Part shown: piece after piece, positions 17,431-26,926 of the stretch
How positions within the stretch are numbered: position 1 is the stretch's first letter
Layout of the letters: each line of letters begins with the position of its first letter
Assembly: GCA_964513645.1 (NCBI GenBank)
Contig: CAZENF010000003.1
Location: 127,914 to 191,913 of the forward strand
DNA: 64,000 nt
Direction: 5' to 3'
Origin: an uncultured Candidatus Saccharibacteria bacterium
Lineage (GTDB): Bacteria > Patescibacteriota > Minisyncoccia > 2-02-FULL-40-12 > GWA2-44-9
Notes under the pieces: model-generated
Database searches by the model: none
What the model was told of the DNA's origin: nothing
Seen by the model: only the letters and a program-made list of their open reading frames with translations
Position numbers and translations under genes: made by a program

Positions 17431-18801
17431 GTGGAAACACAGGCCAGAACGGTACAGGAATTTTTTGATCTTTCCAAGATAGGACCCTTCAGCGATGACG
17501 AAGTTTCGATGATGCTCGAAGCCATTTTTAAGAAGATAAATGTCAGTTTTGCCAAGAACGAGGAAGTTCCGAAAACTATCCTTGTCGATCTGTTCGGTAC
17601 CCAGAAATCGATGAAAACTTCGGTTACGGGCAAGGTAGAGCAGGTTTTCAGGCGTCACGGATTCAAAGTATTTTGTCCGCCGGAAACAGCGGAACATGAG
17701 GGTATCCGAAGTCTCGATACGGATAATCCGGTTGTGGAACAGGCCAAGCATCTTAACGGCGTAAGGGCACAGGCATTGTATATGGCGAGACACCCGCGTG
17801 TCCATTTCGGTATGACCAGTCGCGGGCTCATCGATATGCTCTATTGGTATAAAAAAGGACTCAAAAAGGGAACCTACAGCCCGGCTCACGTGGAAAGTAT
17901 AAAGAACGAAGTTGTTGAACTTCTCCAGCTTCAGCTGGTTGACGCATTTTTCTTTTTCACCTGTTCAGTTGAGACTGTTATGAGGCGGGAATATGACGGC
18001 TCGCTGACTCAAAGGCGCGGCTCAAAAATGAACGAGAAGGATGTTGCCGATACCATCGGACTTTATAATGAAGTTCTGGCCGAGATCGAAGAAAGTGTTC
18101 CCGGTCTGCCGATATTCCATATCGATACTTCAGAAATGGATTTGCGCCAGGCCGGCCAGGAAGTTCTTCGGTATCTTCTGCCGACGATTTGCCGGCGGTT
18201 CGGCATTCCCGACTATTCCTACATGCCTTATTTACCGACGTTGGTTCAGCGCCGGGCCCGGCATTCGGATTATTTTGAGGAACAGCTTAAGCTTTCCGGC
18301 CATCCGGATCTCGACCGCTTGTTCAAGGCCGGCTGGGTTTATGTAAAAGAAACTCATGAAGAAGATACTTACTTCAATCCCGATAAGAACAAGGGAGAAG
18401 TTGTTCCTTCAGGAGAAACGATGCGTCTTCGATGTGATTATGATGGGACCAAATTTATGTATAAAGGCGAGCGTGAGGACATGATGTTCTCTCACTGTCG
18501 CCCGGTGACCTTCAAGGTCAATGCCGAAGAGATCAAAAAGATACAGGAAACATATCCTGCCATTGCATATATATTCAAAGAACGGAAGCATTATCGTAAA
18601 CAAGGTTCGACCGGTGACGGGCACTTCTTCAGTCTCCACCTGGACCGGGTCAGAGGTCTCGGCCTATTTACCGAGATCCGCGCCCGCGGTTCAGACGGAG
18701 CAACGCATGCCGAAGAAATGCTTAAACTGGCCGGCGAACTTGGCTTCACATTGAGCGATGTCCTGGAAGGCAACTATCTTTCCATGGTTTTTAAAAAGTA
18801 A
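17431..18801 (+). CDS. Two-domain protein: N-terminal nucleotide-kinase-like region fused to a C-terminal CYTH (triphosphate tunnel metalloenzyme) like domain
   Basis: C-terminal 170 aa: DTYF...RLRCDYDGTKFMYKGE...FSLHLDRVRGLGLFTEIRARG...LKLAGELGF resembles the CYTH/CyaB beta-tunnel pattern. N-terminal part is unassigned (degenerate P-loop-like GTQKSMKTS). Confidence 0.35.
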   Translation: METQARTVQEFFDLSKIGPFSDDEVSMMLEAIFKKINVSFAKNEEVPKTILVDLFGTQKSMKTSVTGKVEQVFRRHGFKVFCPPETAEHEGIRSLDTDNPVVEQAKHLNGVRAQALYMARHPRVHFGMTSRGLIDMLYWYKKGLKKGTYSPAHVESIKNEVVELLQLQLVDAFFFFTCSVETVMRREYDGSLTQRRGSKMNEKDVADTIGLYNEVLAEIEESVPGLPIFHIDTSEMDLRQAGQEVLRYLLPTICRRFGIPDYSYMPYLPTLVQRRARHSDYFEEQLKLSGHPDLDRLFKAGWVYVKETHEEDTYFNPDKNKGEVVPSGETMRLRCDYDGTKFMYKGEREDMMFSHCRPVTFKVNAEEIKKIQETYPAIAYIFKERKHYRKQGSTGDGHFFSLHLDRVRGLGLFTEIRARGSDGATHAEEMLKLAGELGFTLSDVLEGNYLSMVFKK

Positions 18802-18822
18802 ACTCCCTTCGGGGAGTTTTAA
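18800..18822 (+). terminator. Intrinsic terminator of the CYTH-fusion gene
   Basis: aactccc-ttcg-gggagtt followed by tttaaatt. Confidence 0.65.
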
Positions 18823-18825
18823 ATT

Positions 18826-18891
18826 ACAAGCATAAACCCTCGGCTAAAGTCGGGGTTTATGCTTGTAACAAAAAGCGGCAGTAATGCCGCT
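18826..18891. other. Two further hairpins between convergent genes (14-bp perfect stem 18826-18866; 7-bp stem 18874-18891 serving the minus-strand gene)
   Basis: acaagcataaaccc...gggtttatgcttgt and agcggca-gtaa-tgccgct followed by tt. Confidence 0.5.
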
Positions 18892-19248
18892 TTAAGCTTT
18901 GACCAAATTTCGATCAGTATGCACTGTCGATGTGACGAGGTCCTTTAAAAGGATCCTCTCATGTTTAAAATAACCTTTCCAAAACCTTACAAGGTCTCCC
19001 GTCTGGAAATCTAAATTATCCCAATCTATGAACTCATAGTTCTTGTTATCTACTGTAATTTGAACTATATTTTGACCCCCTGAACGCCAAGTGTTGGCTA
19101 CACTAGTTGTGACCTGTTCATCTCTGAAGTGGTTGCCGAGTGAATATTCGGCTGTTAAATTGAAGGCCAATACCACAAAAGCAAGAACAGGAAGAACTGA
19201 TAAAAAGATGTATGGGAATGGCATCTCCTGATACCTTAATGTTGTCAA
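18892..19248 (-). CDS. Hypothetical membrane-anchored protein
   Basis: 118 aa, one TM (IFLSVLPVLAFVVLAFNL), no recognisable domain. Confidence 0.35.
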   Translation of the reverse strand: MTTLRYQEMPFPYIFLSVLPVLAFVVLAFNLTAEYSLGNHFRDEQVTTSVANTWRSGGQNIVQITVDNKNYEFIDWDNLDFQTGDLVRFWKGYFKHERILLKDLVTSTVHTDRNLVKA

Positions 19249-19310
19249 AAAGCTTTTCTAAATTATTATAAGCAATTATTCGTGTCAAGCCACCGAACCA
19301 TAACGTTTGT

Positions 19311-19339
19311 TTGACTTTATTTACAAAATATTATATAAT
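19311..19339 (+). promoter_or_regulatory. Sigma70 promoter of the pilus operon (TTGACT-17-TATAAT)
   Basis: ttgact at 19311-19316, 17-nt spacer, tataat at 19334-19339; 45 nt upstream of the ATPase gene. Confidence 0.6.
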
Positions 19340-19383
19340 ATGTAATTGATTTATATCCGCTTTAGTGTAAGATTAACCGACTA

Positions 19384-20598
19384 ATGTCTAACACTCATAA
19401 AAAGAAAATAGATGCCGAGTTGTCCAAAGGCCGGAGTGTATCCATAATCAACTTGGTTGCCGCTCTTATCGGCTATGCCAACAGTATTAAGGCGTCTGAT
19501 ATCCATATCGACCCCAAGGAAAAAATGCTAAAAATCAGATTCAGGATCGACGGGGTTCTGAAAGATATTTACGACCTGCCGAAAGAGATACATCCAGAAA
19601 TAATCGGACGCATTAAGATACTTTCAAACTTACGGACCGATGAGCACCAAATGACCCAGGACGGTAGGTTCAGGATAAATGCAGACGATATTGAAAATAT
19701 CGATATCCGGGTTGCTATCAGTCCGGCTTATCATGGTGAAAGTGCGGTTCTTCGTCTTCTGACGGATAAAGCGGATCAGTTCAGTCTGGCCAATCTCGGC
19801 TTCAATGAAGAGAATCAGAGAAAAATTCTCGAAGCCGTCAAAAAACCTTACGGAATGATCCTGGCCACCGGTCCGACGGGCTCGGGCAAAACCACCACTC
19901 TCTATACCATCTTAAAACTTTTAAATACCAGAGATGTCGCCATCATTACTATTGAGGACCCTATCGAATATGCCATCGACAATATCAGACAAATCCCGGT
20001 CAACACCAGGACCGGCCTGACTTTTCATACCGGTTTGCGTTCAATTTTGAGACAGGATCCGGATATTATAATGGTAGGTGAGATACGCGACCAGGAAACT
20101 GCGGGCCTCGCGGTTAATACCGCTTTGACCGGCCATCTTTTACTTTCAACTCTTCACACCAATGATTCGGCCACAACTTTGCCCCGGCTTTTGGATATGA
20201 AGATCGAGCCCTATTTGGTTGCCTCAACGGTCAACATCGCTTTAGGCCAGAGACTTGTCAGAAAGATATGTGAAAATTGCAAAAAGCAATACAAGATGAC
20301 CGAAGCCGAGCTCAAAAGCCTGAACGGTATGGCTGCCAAGCTTACTGAAAAAGATTTCTATAAGGGCGCCGGCTGTGATAAGTGTAATCTGACCGGGTAT
20401 GAGGACCGGGTCGGCATACATGAAGTAATGCTTATCGATGCGGATATCCGGGAAGCTATCCTCAAAAAGGAATCTGCGGATACCATCAAGAAAATCGCGA
20501 TAAAAAATGGTATGAAAACGATGATCGAGGACGGTTTTGAAAAGGCCGCCCTGGGCATTACAACCATTGCCGAAGTTTTAAGGGTTATTCACGAGTAA
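19384..20598 (+). CDS. Type IV pilus / competence pseudopilus assembly ATPase (PilB/GspE/ComGA family, core domains only)
   Basis: Walker A ATGPTGSGKTTTLYT, Asp box, His box and tetracysteine motif CENCKK...CDKCNLTGY. At 404 aa it lacks the long N-terminal domains of PilB/GspE. Confidence 0.85.
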   Translation: MSNTHKKKIDAELSKGRSVSIINLVAALIGYANSIKASDIHIDPKEKMLKIRFRIDGVLKDIYDLPKEIHPEIIGRIKILSNLRTDEHQMTQDGRFRINADDIENIDIRVAISPAYHGESAVLRLLTDKADQFSLANLGFNEENQRKILEAVKKPYGMILATGPTGSGKTTTLYTILKLLNTRDVAIITIEDPIEYAIDNIRQIPVNTRTGLTFHTGLRSILRQDPDIIMVGEIRDQETAGLAVNTALTGHLLLSTLHTNDSATTLPRLLDMKIEPYLVASTVNIALGQRLVRKICENCKKQYKMTEAELKSLNGMAAKLTEKDFYKGAGCDKCNLTGYEDRVGIHEVMLIDADIREAILKKESADTIKKIAIKNGMKTMIEDGFEKAALGITTIAEVLRVIHE

Positions 20599-20607
20599 TT
20601 ATGTACT

Positions 20608-21678
20608 ATGGAACTGACTACCTATTTCAAAAACAGATTGCCGCTTAAGGATCAGGTTGCTTTTACCAAGCGCCTTGCTTTTCTGGTCCGGGCCGATGTA
20701 CCGATACTTGAAAGTTTGAGGATGATGCATAAACAGACCCGTTCCAAGTCTCGGGCTGAGATAATCGACCACATCATCCAGGATGTTTCAAACGGCCAGT
20801 ATCTTGCCGACAGTTTGGCCAAGTTCCGGAATACTTTCGGTGATTTTGCCATCAATATCATCCGGGTCGGTGAAGAAGGCGGAATTCTCGACCAAAATCT
20901 CGAGTACCTGGCCGAAGAACTCTACAAAAGACAAGAGCTTAAGAAAAAAATAATCGGCGCTCTCATTTATCCGGCTTTTATAACCATCTCGACTTTGGGT
21001 GTCAGTGGTTTCGTTACGGCCTATGTTTTTCCGAAAATAATGCCGATATTCAAAAGTATGGGCACTACTCTGCCGGTTACTACTCGCGCCCTGATATTTG
21101 TAAGCGGCTTCATTATCCATTATGGTATTTTAACTCTGTTCGGTCTGGTCATCGCCGGATTCATATGCTTTATGGCTTATAAAAAAAATAAGGCCTTTAA
21201 TTATGCGGCCAGTCACGCCATGATGAAAATGCCTGTCTGGGGAAACTTGATCCAAAACTACTATATGGCCAATTTTGCCCGGACTTTGGGACTTCTTTTA
21301 AACTGTCAGATGAATATAATTACCGCTGCCAGGATAACCGCCGATTCTACCCCGAACCTTATATATAAACACAGAATCTATGAACTGGCCGACGAAATCT
21401 CACGCGGTCGTAAAATATCACAATACCTCGAAACACAGGCAAACCTTTTTCCCGAAATGGTTCCCCAGATGATCGCCATTGGCGAAACGACCGGCAGTTT
21501 GGGTAACACTTTGATCTATCTGAGTGATTACTACGAGAAAGAGGTTAACGAAATAACTAAGAATCTCTCAAGTTCAATTGAACCCATCCTTCTGGTTTGT
21601 GTCGGGGTTATCGTCGGATTCATTGCGGTTTCAGTCATTACTCCTATCTATCAGCTCACGCAAAATATCCATCCGTAA
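20608..21678 (+). CDS. Type IV pilus / T2SS platform protein (PilC/GspF/ComGB family)
   Basis: 356 aa, two GspF-type repeats, polytopic; directly follows the ATPase gene. Confidence 0.8.
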   Translation: MELTTYFKNRLPLKDQVAFTKRLAFLVRADVPILESLRMMHKQTRSKSRAEIIDHIIQDVSNGQYLADSLAKFRNTFGDFAINIIRVGEEGGILDQNLEYLAEELYKRQELKKKIIGALIYPAFITISTLGVSGFVTAYVFPKIMPIFKSMGTTLPVTTRALIFVSGFIIHYGILTLFGLVIAGFICFMAYKKNKAFNYAASHAMMKMPVWGNLIQNYYMANFARTLGLLLNCQMNIITAARITADSTPNLIYKHRIYELADEISRGRKISQYLETQANLFPEMVPQMIAIGETTGSLGNTLIYLSDYYEKEVNEITKNLSSSIEPILLVCVGVIVGFIAVSVITPIYQLTQNIHP

Positions 21679-21688
21679 AGTTCAGTCC

Positions 21689-22117
21689 ATGAATGAAAAA
21701 GGTTTTACATTTATTGAAACTCTGGTCGTTGTTGTTATCTTTTCTTTTATTCTGGGTCTCGGATTTTTTATGAGCCAGGATCTTTATCGTTCCACTTCCT
21801 TTAATTCTGACACCCAGGCCATTGCTGCCGCTTTTGAGAGGGCACGGACCCAATCTTTGGACAATATCGACCAGAAACCTCACGGCGTTGTCTTAACCTC
21901 CGGCAATTATGTTATCTTCGAGGGCGCGGTTTACAATCCAAGCGATCCAAATAATTACTCTATTTCCGGCAATCCGAATTTTACTTTTACCGGTCCAACC
22001 CAGATTGTTTTTACCCAGCTTACGGGACAATCAAATGCCAGCGGCAGTTTAGTCATTCTTGACGGTTCCAAATCAGCTACCATATCTTTTAATTTTGAAG
22101 GAAGGATAAACTGGTAA
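21689..22117 (+). CDS. Prepilin-type N-terminal cleavage/methylation domain pseudopilin
   Basis: MNEKGFTFIETLVVVVIFSFILG: class III signal G-F-T-F-I-E. The track ORF 21578 start is an upstream in-frame extension overlapping pilC. Confidence 0.75.
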   Translation: MNEKGFTFIETLVVVVIFSFILGLGFFMSQDLYRSTSFNSDTQAIAAAFERARTQSLDNIDQKPHGVVLTSGNYVIFEGAVYNPSDPNNYSISGNPNFTFTGPTQIVFTQLTGQSNASGSLVILDGSKSATISFNFEGRINW

Positions 22118-23620
22118 ATGAAAAAATATTCAAAACAAAAAGGTTTCAGCACCATCGAGATCTCAGTCGCTCTCCTCATCATCACAGTAGGTTTGACCGC
22201 GGCTACTTTAGTCATTTTTGGCGGTCGGTCTTTTTCCTCGGATTCCGGACTCGATAACGAAGCATTATATAAAGCTCAGAGACAAATAGAGGATGCGAGG
22301 GCCTCGGCCCGGGCAAGTTTCGGTTCGGTCATTTCAAGCTCGAGCAACGACGGAATATATTTTAAAGAGGTCGTGGTTTCATCCGGTAGCCAGCCCTACA
22401 GCAAGAACGTCATTAGCCGGATTAGCTGGACGGCTCCTGGTCCGAGGTCTGAAAAGATCGAACTATCGACAACTTTAAGCGATTGGAAAAACGCTCTGGT
22501 CAAAAATCAGCCGTGTCTGACGCCTTTGTCGGGCGATTGGCAGCATCCGCAGATGGCTTTCTATGAATTCGGCAAAGATCTTCTTGGCGACTCTTCAAGC
22601 GGTTACCCTTTGACCGGGATTACCGTCCTGAACTCTAAGTTGTATGTTACTGTCAACAACACCAACGGTAATAATTTTCCGAGTCTTTTCATCTTTGATG
22701 TCTCAAAACCGGGCGTTAAACCGGCTCTTTTAACCAGTGCCGATAATGATCCGGGGGTAAAATCGGGCCTGAATGCCATAACGGTCAACGGCAATTATGC
22801 TTATGTCGCAAACGCCAACAATCCAAATTTTTCGACTTGCGCTACTTGCGGACAATTGCAAATATTCGACATCAGTAAAACGCCGCCCCAGGTCATAGAT
22901 ACTTTCAAGGTCCCCGGGGTGACCGGTAAGAACGGACAATCTATCGGTACCAGTATTTTTTATAAGGGCGGGATAGTTTATCTGGGTTTGGCGAAAACTC
23001 CCGATGGAGCAACGGGGGACACCGAATTTAATTTAATAGATGTTGGTGGCGGAGGACACGGCGGTAGTCCGACAAGCCCGGTTTTTCTCGGCGGCTACCA
23101 GGTCGGTAACGGGGTCAATGCGATATATGCTAAAGGCAAATATGCCTACATTGCAACGCCCAACAGCGAAAATATGACCATCTTGGATGTCAGCGATCCG
23201 ACCCACCCGACGAGAGCTGGCGGCTATTCTCCGGGAATCGGTTCCAACGGCGAGAGTTTGTTTGTCACCGGTTCTACCGTCTATCTTGGTCGGACCTTCG
23301 GCACCAACGAATTTTATATTTTAAATGTCCAGAATCCGGCGAGCATCACTGTTCTGGGTTCCAAAGATATCGGCAGCGGCAGCAGTACGAGTATTAACGG
23401 CGTCGTTTTGCGGAGCAATCTTGCGTTTTTGATAACCAATACCCAGTTCCAGATCTGGAATGTGGCAAATCCGGCGAGCATCACCCAGTGGGCGACACCT
23501 TTGAGTTTGCCGGCCGGCAGCGGCACGACCATCAGTTGTAGTACTGACAATTCCATCTATGTCGGCTCGCTACCTTCAAATGATAAAGGTTTTATCTCGA
23601 TAATTACCCCTGGTCCGTAA
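22118..23620 (+). CDS. Large pilin-like protein: prepilin N-terminus fused to an LVIVD-repeat beta-propeller domain
   Basis: MKKYSKQKGFSTIEISVALLIITVGL (prepilin signal). At least four blades of the LVIVD repeat pattern (NGNYAYVANA...LQIFDISKTPPQV; KGKYAYIATPNSENMTILDVSDPTHPT; STVYLGRT...FYILNVQNPASITVLG; SNLAFLITNTQFQIWNVANPASITQW). Confidence 0.65.
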   Translation: MKKYSKQKGFSTIEISVALLIITVGLTAATLVIFGGRSFSSDSGLDNEALYKAQRQIEDARASARASFGSVISSSSNDGIYFKEVVVSSGSQPYSKNVISRISWTAPGPRSEKIELSTTLSDWKNALVKNQPCLTPLSGDWQHPQMAFYEFGKDLLGDSSSGYPLTGITVLNSKLYVTVNNTNGNNFPSLFIFDVSKPGVKPALLTSADNDPGVKSGLNAITVNGNYAYVANANNPNFSTCATCGQLQIFDISKTPPQVIDTFKVPGVTGKNGQSIGTSIFYKGGIVYLGLAKTPDGATGDTEFNLIDVGGGGHGGSPTSPVFLGGYQVGNGVNAIYAKGKYAYIATPNSENMTILDVSDPTHPTRAGGYSPGIGSNGESLFVTGSTVYLGRTFGTNEFYILNVQNPASITVLGSKDIGSGSSTSINGVVLRSNLAFLITNTQFQIWNVANPASITQWATPLSLPAGSGTTISCSTDNSIYVGSLPSNDKGFISIITPGP

Positions 23621-23623
23621 ACT

Positions 23624-24091
23624 ATGAAAAAAAACAACGGCTTCAGCCTCATCGAAGTTTTAATATATATCAGCTTGATGTCACTTATCCTGACCGGGGC
23701 TTTGACCTTGTCTTACCAGCTCATCAGTTCAGCCGGTACTTCAAATAAAAATATCATAATTCTGGATGAAGCGAATTTTATGCTCCGAAAAATAAACTGG
23801 GCGATGGACGGGGTGGCGACAATCAATTCACCGGCTGTCGGGGCGAGCGGCCAGACTCTGTCTGTAACCAAAACCGGCGCCGCGAATCCGATAATTTTTG
23901 ATCTTAGTTCCGGAAATTTGAGAATAACCGAGAGCGGGGGAGCAGCGGTAATCCTCAACAGCTCGAGAGTTGTTGTCGCCGGTTTGAATTTTAAGCATTT
24001 TGCCGCCTCGGGCAACAAACCCGAATCGGTCAAAGCAAGTTTTACAGTCAACGGTACTGCGTTCGAAACTACAAAATATTTAAGAAAATAA
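23624..24091 (+). CDS. Prepilin-type pseudopilin
   Basis: MKKNNGFSLIEVLIYISLMSLILTG. Confidence 0.7.
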   Translation: MKKNNGFSLIEVLIYISLMSLILTGALTLSYQLISSAGTSNKNIIILDEANFMLRKINWAMDGVATINSPAVGASGQTLSVTKTGAANPIIFDLSSGNLRITESGGAAVILNSSRVVVAGLNFKHFAASGNKPESVKASFTVNGTAFETTKYLRK

Positions 24092-24092
24092 A

Positions 24093-24491
24093 ATGAACAG
24101 CCAATCCGGTTTTATCGCGATCATGTCATCCATCATCATTGTTCTGGTCGTAACCACAATGGCTTTTGCTTTGGGCATGCTCGGTTTCTTCAACCGTTTT
24201 AATATTTTGGACAGTCAGCTCAAGGAAACAAGTTTTGCTCTGGCCGAAGCCTGTGGCGATACTGCACTTTTGAATCTGGCTAACAATCCGAACTATACTC
24301 CGGTCAATGAGGTCGTCTCTTTCGGTTCAGAACAGTGTACCATTGTATCTTTGCAGTCGGATACTCCGGCTATCAATCAGACCACTATCAAAACCAAAGC
24401 GGTCGAAAATACCTCCGTATCGAACATCCAAATCGTCGTTAATTCCGATGACCTCTCGGTGATTACCTGGCAGGAAATACCTACTCTTTAA
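24093..24491 (+). CDS. Minor pilin-like protein (degenerate prepilin N-terminus)
   Basis: MNSQSGFIAIMSSIIIVLVVTTMAFALG; starts 1 nt after the previous pilin gene. Confidence 0.5.
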   Translation: MNSQSGFIAIMSSIIIVLVVTTMAFALGMLGFFNRFNILDSQLKETSFALAEACGDTALLNLANNPNYTPVNEVVSFGSEQCTIVSLQSDTPAINQTTIKTKAVENTSVSNIQIVVNSDDLSVITWQEIPTL

Positions 24492-24614
24492 TGCCTTTTT
24501 AAGTCGACCTCTTAAAGGTTTTTGTGTTTCGACACAGCTTGACAAAATAGTCAAAGTATAATATTATATGACTGGTATCTAAGCTTTATAGTTCGCTTAG
24601 TTTCTAAGTGACAA

Positions 24615-25061
24615 ATGACTAAAAATCCCATAAAATACTGGCTCTTTGGCGTGGTCTGTTTAGCCGTTCTTGCAGGTCTGACTTATCACGAAAAAACCGC
24701 CTTGGCGGAATGGATGTACAGGTATGATCTTCTGCCCAAGCCGGAATTTTTTACCGAATTATATTTTAATACTTATCCCAAATTCAAGGATATCGTCACC
24801 AATGGACAGCAGATATCATTTTCATTTACCATTGCCAACCATGAGGAATCGGAGCAGACCTATACTTACGAGGTCTGGTTCAGGGCCAGCGCCAACAATG
24901 AGATAAAGATAGCCAAAGGAGATGCGGATATTTCGCCCGGAGAATCCCAAACCATAAAGATCAATTATACCTTTGAACAGTTCGGATTATCAAAAAGTTC
25001 CATTGTTGTCAGAATACCTGAATCCGGAAGGGAGATACATTTCTTTCTGGGCCCGGTTTAA
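24615..25061 (+). CDS. Hypothetical membrane-anchored protein (predicted beta-rich ectodomain)
   Basis: N-terminal TM (YWLFGVVCLAVLAGL); preceded by a TTGACA-17-TATTAT promoter at about 24538-24566. Confidence 0.35.
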   Translation: MTKNPIKYWLFGVVCLAVLAGLTYHEKTALAEWMYRYDLLPKPEFFTELYFNTYPKFKDIVTNGQQISFSFTIANHEESEQTYTYEVWFRASANNEIKIAKGDADISPGESQTIKINYTFEQFGLSKSSIVVRIPESGREIHFFLGPV

Positions 25062-25071
25062 ATAAAAAATA

Positions 25072-26925
25072 ATGGCGTCAATCAAAAGAAAAAAAATAAC
25101 CGCCCTTATTCCTTGCTATAACGAAGCCGGAGGTATTGCTGCGGTCATCAATAATTTTCCGTTTGATAAAATTGATTATCAGGGTTTTGACCTCGAGATA
25201 GTTGTTATCGATAACAATTCGAGCGATTCGACTCCGAATATCGCACGTTCGCTCGGCGTAACCGTTCTCCATGAACCGATAAAAGGCAAAGGCAATGCGA
25301 TGCGCCGGGGTTTTAATTACGCCTTATCAAATCACGCCGATTATATCGTCATGCTCGATGGCGACGATACTTACCGTTCAAAAGAAATTTTAAGACTTAT
25401 CGAACCTTTGGATTCCGGTTTTTGCGACGTGGTTGTCGGCTCACGTTTGGGAGGACGTATTCATGATGGCTCGATGACGACTTTTAACAGGATGGGCAAC
25501 TGGGTGTTCTCTCATCTTGTCCGATATTTTTATCAGGTTAACGTAACCGATGTTCTCACCGGTTATTTTGCCTGGACCAAAAAAGCTTTGAAACATCTCG
25601 CCCCGAATCTCAAATCGCAGGGTTTTGCCATTGAAATGGAAATGGTCACTAAAATGGCGCGTCTCGGAGAGGAAATTTACTCTGTACCCATCTCATACGA
25701 TAAACGTGCCGGTGAGACCAACCTTAATCCAGTCTATGACGGTGCCAGGATACTTTGGATGTTTGCCAAAAATCTTGTTTGGAATGCTCCGTTGCAGTCG
25801 GTTCAGCGTATCGTTTTTGTTTCCGATGCCATCATGCCTTATAACAAAGGTGGGAAAGAGCGTCGTCTCTATGAAATAACCAAACGTCTCGTCAGGGAAG
25901 GACGCGAGGTACATATCTATACTATGAAATGGTGGGACGGGCCGTTCATCATTGAACACAACGGAGTATATTTCCATGCCATCTCGAAACTATATCCTTT
26001 ATACAACGGAGGCCACCGCTCGATAAAACAAGCTATCATGTTCGGTCTGGCCACTTTCAAACTTATCTTCGTTGATTTCGATGTTCTCGATGTCGACCAT
26101 ATGCCGTTCTTCCCGCTTTTCAGTGCGAGAATAGTAACCTGGTTAAAGGGTAAAAAACTTCAGGCCACCTGGCATGAGGTCTGGGGCTATAACTACTGGA
26201 TGCACTATTTAAAGGGCCTGAGTGGATTTATCGGATACATTATAGAGAGAACATCTCTTTTAATGCCGGATACAATTATTTCAAACTCGGAACACACTAC
26301 CGGCCGTCTTAAATCGGCGGGATTTAACGGTATCATCCAAACCATTCCCTTAGGAGTGGATGTTCCGAGAATAAAATCAGTCAAGAAAGCAAGCGACAAA
26401 AGCGATGTCATCTTTGTCGGGCGTTTGCTCGAGAATAAGAATGCGGATCTTCTGGTCAAAGCCATTGCTCTCGTTAAATACATCTATCCGAATGTCATCT
26501 GTAAGATCGTCGGTGACGGACCGGAAAAAGATAATATCGAAGGTCTTATCCGCAGACTTGGTCTCGAACAAAATATCCACATCACGTCTTTTGTTGCGGA
26601 AAGCGACGAGCTTTATTCTTTGATGAAGGCCTCTAAGATGCTGGTCTTGCCCTCTATCCGGGAAGGTTTTGGTCTGGTTGTGGTTGAGGCAAATGCGGCC
26701 GGCATCCCTGTTATCACCACATCTCACGAGGATAACGCTGCCCGGCACCTCATTCAGGAAGGCAGCAACGGTCTTCTGGCCGATGCAAGCATGAGAAGTA
26801 TTGCTGAAAAAATAATCAAAATAATGAGGAATGAAAATAAAATGCAGCCCAAAAAAGATATAGAGAAATATGACTGGCCTGTCGTGGTCCAACGAGTGGA
26901 ACAGGTTATAGGGCCGATGCCGTAA
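25072..26925 (+). CDS. Bifunctional glycosyltransferase: N-terminal GT2 (Dpm1-like) fused to C-terminal GT4 (group 1)
   Basis: N-terminal ALIPCYNEAGGI...VVIDNNSSDST...MLDGDDTY (GT-A DXD). C-terminal VGRLLENKNADLL...PSIREGFGLVVVEANAAGIPVITT (GT4 E-x7-E region). Confidence 0.75.
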   Translation: MASIKRKKITALIPCYNEAGGIAAVINNFPFDKIDYQGFDLEIVVIDNNSSDSTPNIARSLGVTVLHEPIKGKGNAMRRGFNYALSNHADYIVMLDGDDTYRSKEILRLIEPLDSGFCDVVVGSRLGGRIHDGSMTTFNRMGNWVFSHLVRYFYQVNVTDVLTGYFAWTKKALKHLAPNLKSQGFAIEMEMVTKMARLGEEIYSVPISYDKRAGETNLNPVYDGARILWMFAKNLVWNAPLQSVQRIVFVSDAIMPYNKGGKERRLYEITKRLVREGREVHIYTMKWWDGPFIIEHNGVYFHAISKLYPLYNGGHRSIKQAIMFGLATFKLIFVDFDVLDVDHMPFFPLFSARIVTWLKGKKLQATWHEVWGYNYWMHYLKGLSGFIGYIIERTSLLMPDTIISNSEHTTGRLKSAGFNGIIQTIPLGVDVPRIKSVKKASDKSDVIFVGRLLENKNADLLVKAIALVKYIYPNVICKIVGDGPEKDNIEGLIRRLGLEQNIHITSFVAESDELYSLMKASKMLVLPSIREGFGLVVVEANAAGIPVITTSHEDNAARHLIQEGSNGLLADASMRSIAEKIIKIMRNENKMQPKKDIEKYDWPVVVQRVEQVIGPMP

Positions 26926-26926
26926 A

